NCBI RefSeq assembly: GCF_002113885.1
Contig: NW_018404492.1
Coordinates: 4,187,609-4,251,608 of the forward strand
Origin: Mizuhopecten yessoensis
Lineage: Eukaryota
Length of the DNA stretch: 64,000 nucleotides
Direction of reading: 5' to 3'
This document shows, in pieces, positions 14,801-29,800 of the stretch; within the stretch, counting starts at the first letter, position 1; each line of letters starts with the position of its first letter. Under the pieces are notes generated by a model. It ran no database searches, was not told where the DNA came from, and was given only the letters and a program-made list of their open reading frames with translations. Both the position numbers and the translations under genes were made by a program.

Positions 14801-17800
14801 TAAATGTTATTGAAGTGAAACAATCATGCACGTCTATCTTGCTGCGAATCCAAATAAGGCAGTTGCAAGAGAAATAGGATTGACTTTCCGTTAGAGTTAC
14901 ACCATATGCAATTATTTATATCGAACGCGAATTTTCCCATATCTGCGGATTTCTGTCGTCTGTAAGATTAATGACTTATATACGTCATTGGCTTGACATT
15001 TCCTGGAGAAAAACTGTTTGCAGTAAAATATGTGTCATCTGTCTTTTTGTATCATGGAACGTATGTAGGTCATCAACTGTCTTACATACATTAATAATAC
15101 AACATTTATTTAGCGCACTATATAAATATATTATAACACGATTTGTTTGCCATATATGTCTTGATTAAATACGGATCAACCTTTGAATCTGTTATAGAAC
15201 TATGTTTCTATTGTGCTAAGACACACCTGACGCACTTAAGTCAAGTCCCGTTTCTAAGGAAGCTGACAATGCCAGCGTGGTATAATTGCCATAAAGTGTA
15301 TGCCGAATTCAATGTATGTATTGATTGAAAATAAACATTTCTTAAATTTGTTTTAACTGATTACTTTAGAATAAATATGGAAAGAATGTTACTGAATTAT
15401 AAATCCTGAAAAAACATTTCATATGCATGGATTACCCAGCTTCGTAAATACATGCATTTTACACATCAACATAATTCTTCGTATAAACTAATAACCGTTG
15501 TCGATATGCTTAGTATATAGGCGATAATTGTCAACACAGCATTGGCCCTTGCCACGAATCATTCGACCATTCCTCCATTCAACAAACATTTCGAGCTTTG
15601 GTCAGTATTGGCGGGATAATTTACCAATACATCGCGTATTTTAATGCTTCTTTTTATGAATCATTTTGTCGGAGTGAAACATAAAATGGGAACAATGATC
15701 TGATTTGGAATTATTTCATTTAGCGTCTTACCTTCAGCTAAGGACATTTAATGACTTGTCTCAATATGTGTAATGAATAGTTGTGTGCTGGGGGTGGGCG
15801 TCATGTGGGTACATTTGTCTACTTGCAATAGCCCATATCTGATGCCGACTTTATAGGGCTTCCTCACTGAACCAGAAAGTTTTGAACCACCGGATTAATT
15901 GCTTCTCGATGACGCAGGTCGAGGGAAACAGGCCATTTGTGGACCCCACCTCCTTTGGAAAATACTTTTGACGGTTGACAGATAAGCATAGTCTGCACAC
16001 TTTCACACCTAAATAACAGCTACAATTTGTAAGACAATTATAAGGATTTTAAGGTATGGGCGACCTTTCAAAACGAAGGCAAAACATAATGCATCGTCAA
16101 ACAAGGCGCTAGGAAACAAAAACCACTTGTTAGAAAGTAGACAAAAACTATACACATCATAAATATAACAAAGGGACAGCAGACTCGTTTTTCTGGCTTA
16201 AGTGTCACTAGGTAGAGCGCATATAAACGAATCCCAGATTCTGCAAAGAGATTACACATTAGTTACAGTTGACATCGTAGATTGTATCCTCTCAGGTTGA
16301 AACCCGGGGATTCAGATACACAGAACTTGGTTTATTTTACATGTACACTACTCAGAATTACGGCTAGCTAATAGTTTGCCCCTGAATGGTCGGTGAAAAC
16401 CCTTCTGTATTCAATGGCATGTTACAGTACGAGATAATAGACGTTGTACCAACTGCAGAATCGGGGGTCATGTGTGTCTACCGCTGTGGTCACATTGAAG
16501 AAAAAAATAACTGTGGTCTTGAACCACTTGTAATCTATATTTTTCATCTTTTTATATTCTTCTCACTCTCCTACCCTTTCTGTTTGGCACTCTTCCTCGC
16601 ATTACCTATTTATAGGACGTTAAACCACAATCAAACACATATCGAGTAGGACAGGTCATAGATAAAAGTATGTAGAAAGTTCAAATAGCTGAGTATAGTA
16701 TTTTTGATAGCAAATTCTCGAGGATATTTGAAAGTGCTTTAAAAAAAAAAAAAAAAAAAGATTAATCTGAATATGAAATGGAAAGTCTGGCATTGATCTT
16801 ATGCACGCCTGTATTACTCCTCTTATCAATGTTTCGAAACCCTGGTCCGCTCAAATGACATCAAATATTTCCCTGCAAACTGCTGATTACCAGACAAATT
16901 GAGTTTGATATTTTTGATATGACCTTTTTGCTTGCTTCAAGGGATTATTGCTAGAAACGCTATGCTAATCTAACATCCAGGGCGATATAAAAAGCTAAAA
17001 CAATAAAGCGTGTTCTGTATTAGTTGAACATGCACCAAGCGTATTCATATATCATTTGGGATTAAATGATTTCATGTGTTATACTTGCTTTGCAATAACA
17101 AATATATACCATGGAAATAATATTGAGGATAAATTACCTTGAATCTTCACAAGGGCTATCCAGGGATAACAACGATTTGTAATCTTGCCTAGAGGAGACA
17201 ATCTGTTTTCTTGATGTCAGGTGACAGAATCTGATATTGGAGGCACGTAAGGATGAAATTGACAAACACGCTGTTAGTTAATTTCGAAGAAAACAGAAAA
17301 TGGCATTCGACAGACTATTTTTGTCTCTAAATTACAAGTGAATGTCGTTTAGTTCATGTGTCCATCACATGCTGTGATGTTCAGCGAGTTGCAAACCTTA
17401 CTCTATGAGGCAAAGCTACTGCCGTGGCGGAGGATTAAACTGTGTACTTAAAACTGTGAGAAGGTAATTAAAATGTCTACAACAATATCATCTTGGTGTT
17501 TTTTTATTATTTATTTTCTATGTAATTTAATCGCAGGTCAATTAAAATGCCGAAAATACAATCTATCAGAACACAATATTAAACCAGAAATACTTATTTG
17601 CTCACAGAAATCAAATGGATGTACTTCATATGATGATAAAGTAGAAAGGTAAAATATGGGAAGGCAACTAAAAAAGGTACTAAAACCAGATGGGAAGAAT
17701 CAGAAGCTTTGCAAACGATTTCTGCATATATATATGAATATTAGTAATAAAAAAAAAGCTTTATTTATACAGGAAAACTTATTAAGATATACTCCTAAAT

Positions 17801-20800
17801 ATAAACATAATTTTCAATATGGCCCTGATGGCCTCCTTGTATGTGTAAAACTGTTTTTAAACTGATAATTTATAATAAAACGTATACAATGGTTAATCTG
17901 CACCTCTATAGATTGAAATCAGGGAAAGACCTATGCAATACGGCCCTGTCACATATTACTGTATTTCCCACCCTTGCAACTTCAAAACATGCCATGATTT
18001 CAACATCAAAAGTAGATTTAAGCCGCACCGGTTGGAAACACGGGCAATTGATCTAAAGTTCAACAGGTTACATGCTGATGCTTAGAACATGTTCTGTGGT
18101 GGAGATTCAATGTGGACATATACACTCAATAGGTGTAACAGCTATTTTTATTCTCTATGAAAATGCATATAACATTTGAGAGTGAAGATGAGAGTATCTG
18201 GTTATTTTAAAATCCACTCGAATTAAATGGGAATGTTGACACAGGCAATAATAATGCAGTCCACACTGTACATGAATACATACAATGTACATGTATAATC
18301 ATGAAATATCATCTGGAATTGCACAATGTCACGTAAGGTTTTAAAAGACCACTGGTACCGTTGGAGATATCATTAAAGATGTTTGGTCCCAGTCGTCTAA
18401 ATCACAGGCATGCGTCTACGATGACTATGGTTGACAAACAATTACTTATAATTCGTCGGGAACAAACTTGATAACAGTTGCCGTAAATTAAGAACGAAAG
18501 AAAGAATCCTTAATCAGCTTAAAAACCTACCCTTATACGTCTTGTTGTTCTGACATTTAACATTGGCCTTCTGTTGATGGTTGTGCCCTTTTTAAGCTCA
18601 AACAGAACCTTTGTTCAAATCGTTTTGCCCTAAAATACTTGGTTGTTATTTTTGCAATTGTTATTGCTATCATTTCGTTCGATATTGTGCCATCCCTGCG
18701 TCACCACTGCCTTCTCAAATTACAATATTGTGTTTTAGGAAAGCCTTTGCCTCCATGCTGCTCTATCGTTTGGCAAAGACTTCCATTATGTAACTATCTG
18801 TTAGGTGTTTAAAAATTATGTAATCAATAAACATGAGATACTTGTTGTCAAGTTGTATTATAATAGCAAGACAAAATAAACATATGATCATTATAGAAGA
18901 AATAATAATAGATTATATTTATCATGGAAAACGAATGATGTTGAGGACTTCTTGCATCTCATTCATCTTCCAATACTTTTAATTATGCATTCAACGATAA
19001 AAAATATCATTTAGCTTCAGAACTTCACATTTACCTTATAATCATGCCACTGCCAAACTCTATGACAATCGTGACGACCTCAGCTCCTAAGTCGTAAAAT
19101 GCATTATCCTAATTAGCTAATTAGCTCCTTCTTTAGAATACATGTGTAACAGTGCTGTCAAAATCAGGATGTTCATGATAGATGCTTCCTGTTGATAAAG
19201 TAAATAAACCATTTATCCATGTATTTTATCAAAGAGGCTTTAATCTTTAATAGCCTGACTGTTTATGTTGGTTGTTTTCTTTTCGTATCAATTTCTATAT
19301 AACATTGCTGGAATAAAAATATGATATACGATTGGCATCTACATGATGATGGTCTTAAAGAAACTGCATACTGCCTTTTTTTGTAGATGGAATCGCTTCT
19401 AAATCTGCAGTATGGATCTATCAGATACTGTCGTACTGATCATACATGTTACTGAGGTTGCGTTGACTTCGACTGTGTTAGAAAGGCGTTGATGGTTCTA
19501 TTTCTCCTTATATGCATATTTTCTTTACATTGCAGGTGATCTGGCGCCGGACGGCAGATCCCAATCCACTATCAATAGGCAACACTGTGTTTGTGGCAGA
19601 CGATCGGTATCACGTCAACTATATAGACTACAGAGTTCAGTGGGATTTATACATCAAAAACGTCAGTCGAAAAGACGCAGGCCTTTACGAATGTCAAGTC
19701 AGCTCGCGAGAACGAAATATACGACGAGTTGTTTTCTTAACGGTAATAGGTACGTCTTAAATGATTTTTTTAAAAGTTTCTTTTTTTCAATCTAGAAGTG
19801 TTCAATAATACGAGGGCCATACCATACATTTTGTCACTATTGTCAGGAGTCACATGCATGTTGTATATAACTTTCTACTACAATCCTTCGAAGTATCCCC
19901 CTTAGCATATACGCACTTTTACAATCGTGCTGTCCATGACGTAAACGCTGTGCGGTAGTCTCCCCTCGATATACTGATAAAACACTGAAAGGTTCCACGA
20001 TCAAGAGCACACCTAGAGGCGTTTTCAAGAGCGCGTTCTTGGTAGTAAGATAAACAGGAGAAAGTCATAGGGACTTAAATCGTGTGAATAGTGTGCCTGG
20101 CAAACAGTACTAGTTTCTCCTGCTACAAACACACTTGTACACTATCGCTTTTGTAGGATGAAGCATTGTCGTGCATTAACTCGATGTCATTCAACCCTTT
20201 CATGTATAAAATTGGCAGGCTTCAGAACTTCGTCTCTGTAAAATTTGGTAGTGATAGTGTCCCCTTCTTTGCGCAGTATATTGTAGTACATTTCAAACGT
20301 TTAGGCGTTTGGTCAGATGTCAGCGAAAGGGGGATTCATCGGGCACAGAACTTTTTTAGTATCAAGTCGTTGTAAAAATATGATGTGAGCCTAGCATCTT
20401 TCTTAATTATTTCTTTCACATCAGCAATGTTTTTCTTTGATGCTGCAACAACTGGCCTGTCTGGCCGTGTGTCCTCTTTGATGTTAACGTTACTATTCTT
20501 GAATTTGTATACTCATATGAAAACAGTTGACATTGCGACTGAAGATGTGCCTTTTATGCACAGCTCTGTAGGTACAATGTATCCGTTTTGGCAGTATGTG
20601 TAAAAAAAAAAACGTGTTTTGATATAGAAACGGTTTTTTTTAGTCTCAACCTTCATTTTAGCATTGAAAAGAAGCCACTAGTCATGAAGGCATACCATTC
20701 AATAATGAATAAGTTGGATTCAATGCAACTTCCAAATGTAACCTGTTTCGACATTGCCTGTGCGTATGATTTTGCGAAGGGAGATAACTATATTGTCATA

Positions 20801-23800
20801 ATTATACAAAGATACCACTTGATGAGATTTTACACTTTAATTGACACTACAAAAGAAATTATTCAAACAAACAAAAACGATCTGTAAGCAAAATATTATC
20901 AGCTCACGGTTGCTAGCGGTAGTCACAAGTCATGTACTGCCCTAGAGAGTCCCCATCCAGCTACCCGTTTTGCCTCATGTGTCAGTATCAACCCCCGATT
21001 CAAATCGAAAACAACGTAGATCCAACTGGTCCCGTCTTATATGAAACGTAGTCGAATAGCTAACTGCCATATCAAATTGTTTCGTCCTACAAGCCTCGTC
21101 TGGTTTCCTATCTAATTCGACATTCAATTACTGCAGCCACACATTCCAAAAGATGCAGAACCTTGAAATTTAACTGCTCTCCACTTCGACCTAGTAAAAA
21201 GAAGGCTGCCGTAGACTCGCAGTTGAGCCTGCGCACCGCGTCTAGACATTATTCTTCCGCGATGACGCATCAGAAAATTTAATAATTGATGAATTCGTTA
21301 ACAAAACATAAATATGACATTTTAAATATGGCTTTGTGTTTTGTTTCTACATAATTTGGCTGTATTGAACTATCAAGGTACAGCATCATGTTGTATTATG
21401 ATCCTTCAATGACGGACTATATTGTTTCACATTAGGTTAATACGTAGACTTGCACAAGCTCCAGAACCTGGAACAAACTATCAAAATGGACTTCACAAGT
21501 ACTAATTATTGAGAGAGAAAAACACGTTGATTGATATATAAGGTTTGAATCTTGCTTTGGTCGATTTCATGGGGTGATGAATTGTGTTGGTCTTGAAACA
21601 AATTAGTTCATGTTGAATTTGTTTCAAGACCAACTCAATTCATTACCCCATGAAATCGACCAATCCTTCAATAACATGTTCAATTCGAGTCGGATAATGT
21701 CGAAATTTGGCACGTGCATTGCTTTCATTTTTTAATCATTTTGCAGTTTGCCAAAGCTCTAAACTATTTTATCACCAATTCGTATGGGAGCTGATTGATG
21801 ACAAAATTCATTAAGTTCATTACATCCTATATGTATATATACTGTTTTACACCACTGTTTGCATACAATTGTTACAAAACCTTGCAGGTTCGGGTACAGA
21901 ATAGGTCTACGGCATACCAATTCATGTTATTATCAGAGGCGACTAAATTGGGCATCTATAAACAGGGCGGATTTCTTCTAGGTGATATGTAAAGGGGCGT
22001 TAAAAAAACCAAGATCGATTTTCCACCTCGATCGCAGCACTTAGAATCTACATCTTTTCTTTTCTAACTTCTGCCCTCTTTTCTTTCGACGGTGTCCCTC
22101 CGTCTATATGTGACCAGAACAAATCTAACAAAATAGCTTACTACCATTATCGACACATAAGGATGTTTTGTTCTGTACCTTGAAATCGTTACCTGTATCA
22201 AAGTCATTGTTGTTTTTGTACACAGACTTAAACCAAACATGAGCTTTATGTATATGCGGTAAATGAGAATATGAAAAATAAAAATAATGGTTCTATAAAA
22301 TTCATATTGTTCAAAGATATTTGCTCAAATTATGTACCACTCCATATTTTGCAGTGTTCTTAGCTAATGTACAAACATTCACGTGCTTGTTCCATAATAA
22401 GTGTTGCCAGCACTATTCCCCTAAGTTTTACGAGTATATATATACCGTAATGTAGTAAAGCAGTTTATTGATGTTTACCGTACAACTTTGCAAAACACTA
22501 AAATGTTAAATGTATAAATACTTCAAAAACTAAACGTTAAATTTGTTATGCCTCAAACGTTGCATTCTGTCATGTCACGTTACATTGTTTTTACTGTTGC
22601 ATTTCTGGAAGTGAGCATTGGCCCAACGCGCATTATGCAGTGAAACCAATACACTAGACAGACAACGGACGCGCAAATGATTATTTAAATTTCACTTTAG
22701 AAATGGTTTAGACAATTTGAAACGAAAACCCGATTTATAAAACGCAGTTTCAAGCGTCGATATGACCGAACACCATGCCAGATATCCTTGGGGGCAAACT
22801 TTAGACGCGTGTTTCTCGGTTTCTGCTGACTATTAATCAATGGCTGTGGTCCAAAGTGAGGGCTCCGTGTGAGCAGGCGTCTAGTTTTTTTTACGACAGG
22901 GATTTATTCACAGTGGAAAGCATCTTTGACCATTTTCCAAACTTCTACAGTTTAATGGAAATGGACCGCCTCAATATCGCACAACTACGATATACTTGAT
23001 AGTCTTGAAAGAGACTCAGTAGGTGTTTGAGAGCATTTGTCTCACGCAGGCTAGTGTTATGAATTTATAATCTGTTATATTATAGCCGCTGCGTTACCCA
23101 AAGATGTATGTGCTCGGTCATATGAAGTGGATCGGGACATGTGTTGAGTTCCGTCGTGCATGTATTAATTCTATTTTAGGTGATACCTAACAGTTCTATT
23201 ATATCTATTATCAAGCTTTTTGATATCTACCTTTTACCTAATATCTTACGAATTGCGATAACTAATATCGTATCCCTAACACCACACTGGCAGATATTTA
23301 CTGTATACATGCACACGGGTAGAAATTAACCTTATACCTTAGAGCAGGTTGACATTTACCTCAAACTTAACATCGGTTTGATTGATATTTACCTCATACA
23401 AATGTACCTACGTCATATATGTACTACATTAGTAAATATTTACCTTATAACAACGCAATGTAACACCATGATGGTTGACATTTACCTTATACATGTAGCT
23501 ACGTCATACTTGTACCACACTAGTGAACATTTACCTTATACCTAACACCACTATGCATGTTGACATTTACCTTATAACTAACACCACTATGCATGTTGAC
23601 ATTTACCTTATACCTAAAACCATAATGGTTGACATCAACCTCATACTTACATGTAAAACTACAATTGCCGATATTTACCTTTTACCTAGCACCAACCTGG
23701 CCGACATTCACCTTACACCTTTATTATCTAGCATCGCTCTGGAAGAAGTACAAAACGTAAAAGCGGAAATGACTGTTGCAAGACCTTTTACCATTACGGA

Positions 23801-26800
23801 TCCTTTCTTAGTCCATAACATAGTTATCTAGCTGCAAGATAAATATGTTGTTTTGTTAGATAAGGGTTCACTAATCCGTCACAAGCGGTATCTAAAGCAG
23901 GTAAGGCTTTTCTATATACTGAATAAAACATTCTCTAATCGACTTACTGTCAACTGAAGATTGTGGCAGACTCCGACACTGGTGATTGTGGCTCATTTTC
24001 ATGTAAGAACGGTGTCCACTTCCAATAGAACCACAACAAAAGCAGTGTATAGATAAAGTTGGGCTAATTTAAAGCTCAAAACTACAAATACACAAATTCA
24101 AATGATAGGGGATAATGTTTCGTCAAAATGTAGCGTGGTGTTCAAAATATTTCCACAAAACGTTTAAAAGGCACTGATACTCACCGCTTTTTCTCAAGAA
24201 GATTGTTTCACGATATTCTGAATGAAAGTGCCTCTGATCTTTCAATAACATGTAGCGAGATTTTTCTACCGAAAAGGCTCATCGTTCATGTCCGTTAAGT
24301 AATGGTTTGGTGGAAACATCTACTTCATTTTATAATTTAATGTATCTTTGTCTGTCATGGTTTTATGATATCTCACTTTGTCTTAGAACTGTAACCAAGT
24401 TACTGTCCTGGATTCGTTAAGATACGTCCTGGCCAGATGCCAATACATAGACAGCTATGATTGTATCTTAATGTGTTGACACTTTGGCTTTAATTCCACT
24501 TCCCGTCGTTATGATTTATAAAATTTTGCTAATGTATTGTACGAATTTTTACATTGATGTATTTAATATGTAAATGTATGCAAATATGTTGTTAAGTTTG
24601 TCTACTGTACAAGACATGTTAAGGAAACGTCCTTTGTCGATGTAGCAGTGTGTTGGTGACGTGGTATCGGCGTGTACATTATCCCAAGCCACGAGACAGG
24701 GCGGTGTAAGGATACTTAAAGAGTCCGGGATGACAGGCATAGATACGATAATGTACATGTAGCTTACTGATGTATATAAAACGTGGTTAACGAACGGTTT
24801 AACAACAAATGTTTAGAGTTGTTAGCTCTCGTATGCTATACTGTATATATACAAGTGCAACATCGTGTTGTTGTTTTTTGTTTTACTCAAAATTAAATCA
24901 GCTGGATCATTTTGAAATCACTACAAGTTTTTTTATGCTTGTCATTATCTAAATTTGTTAGGAATATTTGCACTGTACTCGACTGAATACTTCGGCATAT
25001 TTTCAGGCAGTGCATGGTTTTGCAATTCTGCAATAAGATCTGTACCGGTTTAGTGTTGTACTCCTCAGTAGAAATATAGATACATGTATTTACCCATACA
25101 TTATAAGTTGTTTTCAGTTTGTTTAGTTTTGAATCTAACCACCTTCTCTTACAGTGACTTGTTTTAGTTTAATGCAAGCGGTATATTTTGTCTTCATTAT
25201 GCGTTGCACACGTACTTTAATACGCCTGTTTGTTACAACCCATTAAGAAAGACAAAACATATTGTTTTTACCTTAATTAATCGATCAACAACATGTAAAG
25301 TGTACACCTCCGCGAAGCCGCGGTCGACAGTTGGTACCTTAGTAAGATTAGCACATTTATAATTCAGAGCACGAAACGACAATGGCTGTTGGAAATGCAT
25401 GTCTTTTTACAGCAAATGTGCCTTCATTTAAAAACCATTATATCAGTACAACGACATTTGAATTTTCCTGTTTAAACAGTGCACAGTTATACAGAGGCTT
25501 TATGCTTTCGTTCATGTTACCACGTAGTTAATAGTATAGTCCTATTAACAGCTATGCTAATTAAAGGACGTGCCTCGATGTTTGTAATGCATTCGTGTAT
25601 TTGCTTCCTTTTTTGTTTTACAATGCTACCGTACCGAAACACCATACTAACGGTACCAAACACAGTATATCACCCAGTCAAATAAAACTGGTATCCGGCT
25701 TAACTGTTGTAGCGAATACCTTAATTCTGAACGTGTAGCAAGGAGTAACAACTAGCATTTAAAGTACTTTCGTATGTCCCTGTCTATGGACAGAACCTGT
25801 TGCCGTTTCTATTTAGGCGATTGTTAAACACTGACGCAAAGTTTGAGATATTGCTAAGCAAGACGCTTCGAGACGAAAAACGTGCTCTATAAGTTATGTT
25901 TTTTATAAAGATCCCGAATGTTGCAGCAGGTTATTTTTGGTCGCTTTTCTCCTTCAAATTCTGCAGAAGGTTTCCACTTTACAACATGCAATTGGTTCCA
26001 GCAGGTATATTATTTCCCTAATACTGATCCTGACGAGGTTGAACGAAAACAAACCTCACCTTGGGCATTTGTGCAATAGATATGGTTAAGCCACTCACTA
26101 ATTTTGGTTCATTGTATTTTGGTATTGTGGTGTGTTCTCTCAGTGTCTTAATCAAGTATTATGATGCATTTGGTAACTTTGTCTTAACTGTACATTTTGG
26201 TACCATGAAGTGTTAGTTTTTTTCGTTTTTGATACTCTGTAGTATTCAATTCTGTGAGTTTTGTATTGATAAAGTGTGTCAACCTTCTGTGAGTTTTTGA
26301 TTCATATAGTGTGCCAGTGATTTGTGTTTCTGCACCGTTTTATGTCGTGTTTGATTGTTATGGTTTTTGTAGGAATTTGTACTCTATCATCATTTGGTAG
26401 CATATGTTTTATGTTGATTCCAATTGTACATTCAAAAATGTCGATGTTATAGGAAGAGATAGCGGAATTTAAATTTTCCCTCGCTGGTCGCCCTGGGAGT
26501 TGCACCGTTACCACACACGCGAGGGAGACCATCGTACTTCCGGCGTTCATGTTACAATAGCTCATTCAGCCTACCTTTATAGCCACTAACACTTGTACAA
26601 AGAAATCTGAGATTAGAAATCATTTCCGTTTATCGTTAATTCCATTGTTAAGTGTAAGAAAATGGTATCCGATGACATCCAAGTTTCCTGACACTGCTGC
26701 TGTTGTAGTCGTTTGTTCATTGAAAGGGTTTCTCACGGTCTTACGACATGAAATCAACAAGTTAATGAACTCATACATGTTAATGAACATGATGATGTTG

Positions 26801-29800
26801 CAGTAACACCTAATTTTGACCAGGAAAGCGTAAATTGGGGTGTATAGACAATAACATGCATAACAGTTGAAGTCCTTATATGAAACAAATATATCATTAA
26901 TTTCGTTGTATTTAATTTACGCTAATGGAATGCATAAATAACATGTTTTCATGGAAATACTTATATAAACATTACCACACAGGTAGATTGATATGTTCAT
27001 TGTCTGTCATTTCAGAACCACCAGCAACGAGTCCAAAGCCGACATCTAAACCAAGTGAGTAATTATCCTGCCTGTAAACATACTTTTTATAAATACCAAA
27101 AATATCATACTACCCGTTTTTCTTGTAACCATTATCCATTTTTCCGTTTCATATGACATTGCTCTTATTACATGATTGACACAATTAAGTTAATTCATAA
27201 CACTTTTGTTTTTAAAAAAAATCCTATCCGCATGTGTTTCGCTTCATTATCAGTTATAAAATAACCTTTAAATACAATGAGTATATCATGCTGTACCCCA
27301 TATCAGAATATATTTTACCCTGACAGATACGATTTAAAGTAAAAAGGAAATTATGAAATTTTCTTATAATATTCCCAAAATGATATATGCTTTGCTTGCC
27401 ATGTTAATTCAAATCTGATATGATTGAAAAGGTTGCCAATAAGCTCTTGAATATTTCAATATAGTATCTGAATTTTCTAAGCGTTTTGATCGGAAGCTAC
27501 ACTTTAAATTTCATTATCTTAAGTTAAATTTGATCCATCTGGTCAATATATAACGAATAAACATAGATACATGGATGAAAATATGACAGAAAGATATGTA
27601 ACAACTCATTAGTTTGGGATATTTGTGAAGTGAAAACATATTTTTTCCCCGGACGTGTTGTATCCCATTGTTTAGTTTTTTTTCTATTTTGTTTTCCATT
27701 TAAGCAACGTACGTTGTATTCGTTTACACAAGTAACATTAACTTTCCTGAACACTAAGAAACCTCAGAATGGTGTCAGCTAGTCTGACTTAATCAATCGG
27801 CCTGATGTATTTATTTTATTATAAGAAATAGATCGAGTAACTATAGGTATTTGTGTTAACTCTAGTGAGTATGAACAACTCTAAATTACCTGATGTCCAT
27901 TTAACACCAGGGGTGTGCACACATGACTAAGTTCTTCTTTGATCACTGAAATACGTACATTTCTTAAAATCAACGAATTCGCCATTTGTCCCAGAGTAAA
28001 TAGAAATCATTTAAGTTTCGATATCATTACTGACATATAATCAGCTTAAATTTATAAATCTAAAACTGATTCGATTATATTCTGGCAAAGCAAATGTAAT
28101 CAGGAAAGTGTTTTTTTGCCTTGTCAAAGAAAAAAGTAGAGTTTAACAGAGTGTGAAGAAAATGCTTTTAATACTCTAACCTAGAATACCAGTGTTCGCC
28201 AAAGAGACAAAGATTTCTGGGGGCGGACATACGGGGTCTAGTGGGAACTAAATGTCATGTGTAAGAGAAGGCTTTCTGGGGAGACAACTCTGTGTCGTGT
28301 CATCAGTAACGTTTCGCGCTCAAAAGAGGTTTTTTTCTTCTCGTCTCTTCATCCTGTGTATAAATAACTCGTTTATTGCAATGACCAATTTTTGCGTTAA
28401 AAGTAAGACTTACAGCCATGTTGTTAATTGTAATAAAATGAAGTTTATATCATATTTGAGTGTTAATGATGAATAACTAAATAATATGACAGAATCGATC
28501 TCGATAGCTACCGATATGATTGAGCAGACCATTATAACAAATACGGTTTTATTGCAATAATACATGATTGAAATAAATGGGTGCACATCAAATTGCTATA
28601 TTGTTTGATAATTTTGATTTATATTTTGGCTAACATTATGGGATGCATAACCACTCACGACACACACCAGACATACATGTATTTATTTGGGTAGAGGTTT
28701 TTATACATGTGTGTAGCATGTTAACATACCTATACTGTTCCTGTCTCTAGTCCAGTAAGTAGTGTTTCGCTTTCAACTGGTAATTGGCCTTAAATTGAAG
28801 TACATGTAACAGTAGCTAATCGCTTGTTTATCATAGCCAACTGCTTTTCACTGTACGAAAGGATACAAACAATGTTGTAGTCTTAAACCTGTATTAAAAA
28901 TACAGTACATAAATATATTACTAATATAGCTCAACTATAGCTGGACTATGAAGCATGTACATGACATTCTGCTCAAATATATAAGGACCTCCACATATCC
29001 AATTCTGTTAGCCGAAATATCAATCAAACTATCGAAGAATATAGTAATTGTATGTGCATAACTCTGTTTCAATAATATTGATTCCACAGTAGATGGTTCT
29101 GAATTTGATGAAAATTCAGGTTGTGTTCCATTAATGTAATAAGGTACACTAAATTGTTGTGTATCAAAACGTAGGCACATATGTATTCATATTAAATCAC
29201 TTTAATGTAGACTAGAATAATAATAAAGAAAGTTTTGAAACATGTAGCTTTGACAAAAAGAGGTCATTTGTTATTTTGGTCCCACAGTTTCCTCCCATTT
29301 ATATCATGATGACCTTACTCTTATGACATTTCATGACGGCAAGGTCACTTGACTTAGGCAAAATAAAATCGTATCGGTGATAGCCACCAAGAGGCCGAAA
29401 TGGATACCCCTCCTTTGTGTATTGAAAATCGATATACCAGTTTAATCAAAAGTTGTATAGTAGTATAGGACGCATGTTTAACATGTAAGACGGTTTGGAA
29501 AAAAAACGTAGAATGACCATTCAAGACGTGATATTTTAGGACAGGGTTTGTTATGCCATTAAAACAATACATGCTCGCAAGAACTTGTTCAATCATCCCA
29601 TTTTACAGATACAGCATTGGCGGTCAAGTCGTGTATAAGAAATGCATAATAGTACATGAATATGTCATTGAAGGCTTGTGTATAAGGCAATGCAAGGGGA
29701 TGCATGTAATGGGTAGTAGTGTATGAGGCCCATTAAGGTGCTATACACATATTATGGGGATGGCGTACTGTATGACGCCCCTCAAGAGTATACAGTTTTT

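Noticed and set aside
23220-23831. CRISPR-like array or 12-aa repeat protein (ORF 23523-23831)
   Set aside because: The 'spacers' are similar to each other, the cores are degenerate, there are no cas genes and the context is eukaryotic. The ORF is a by-product of a unit length divisible by 3.
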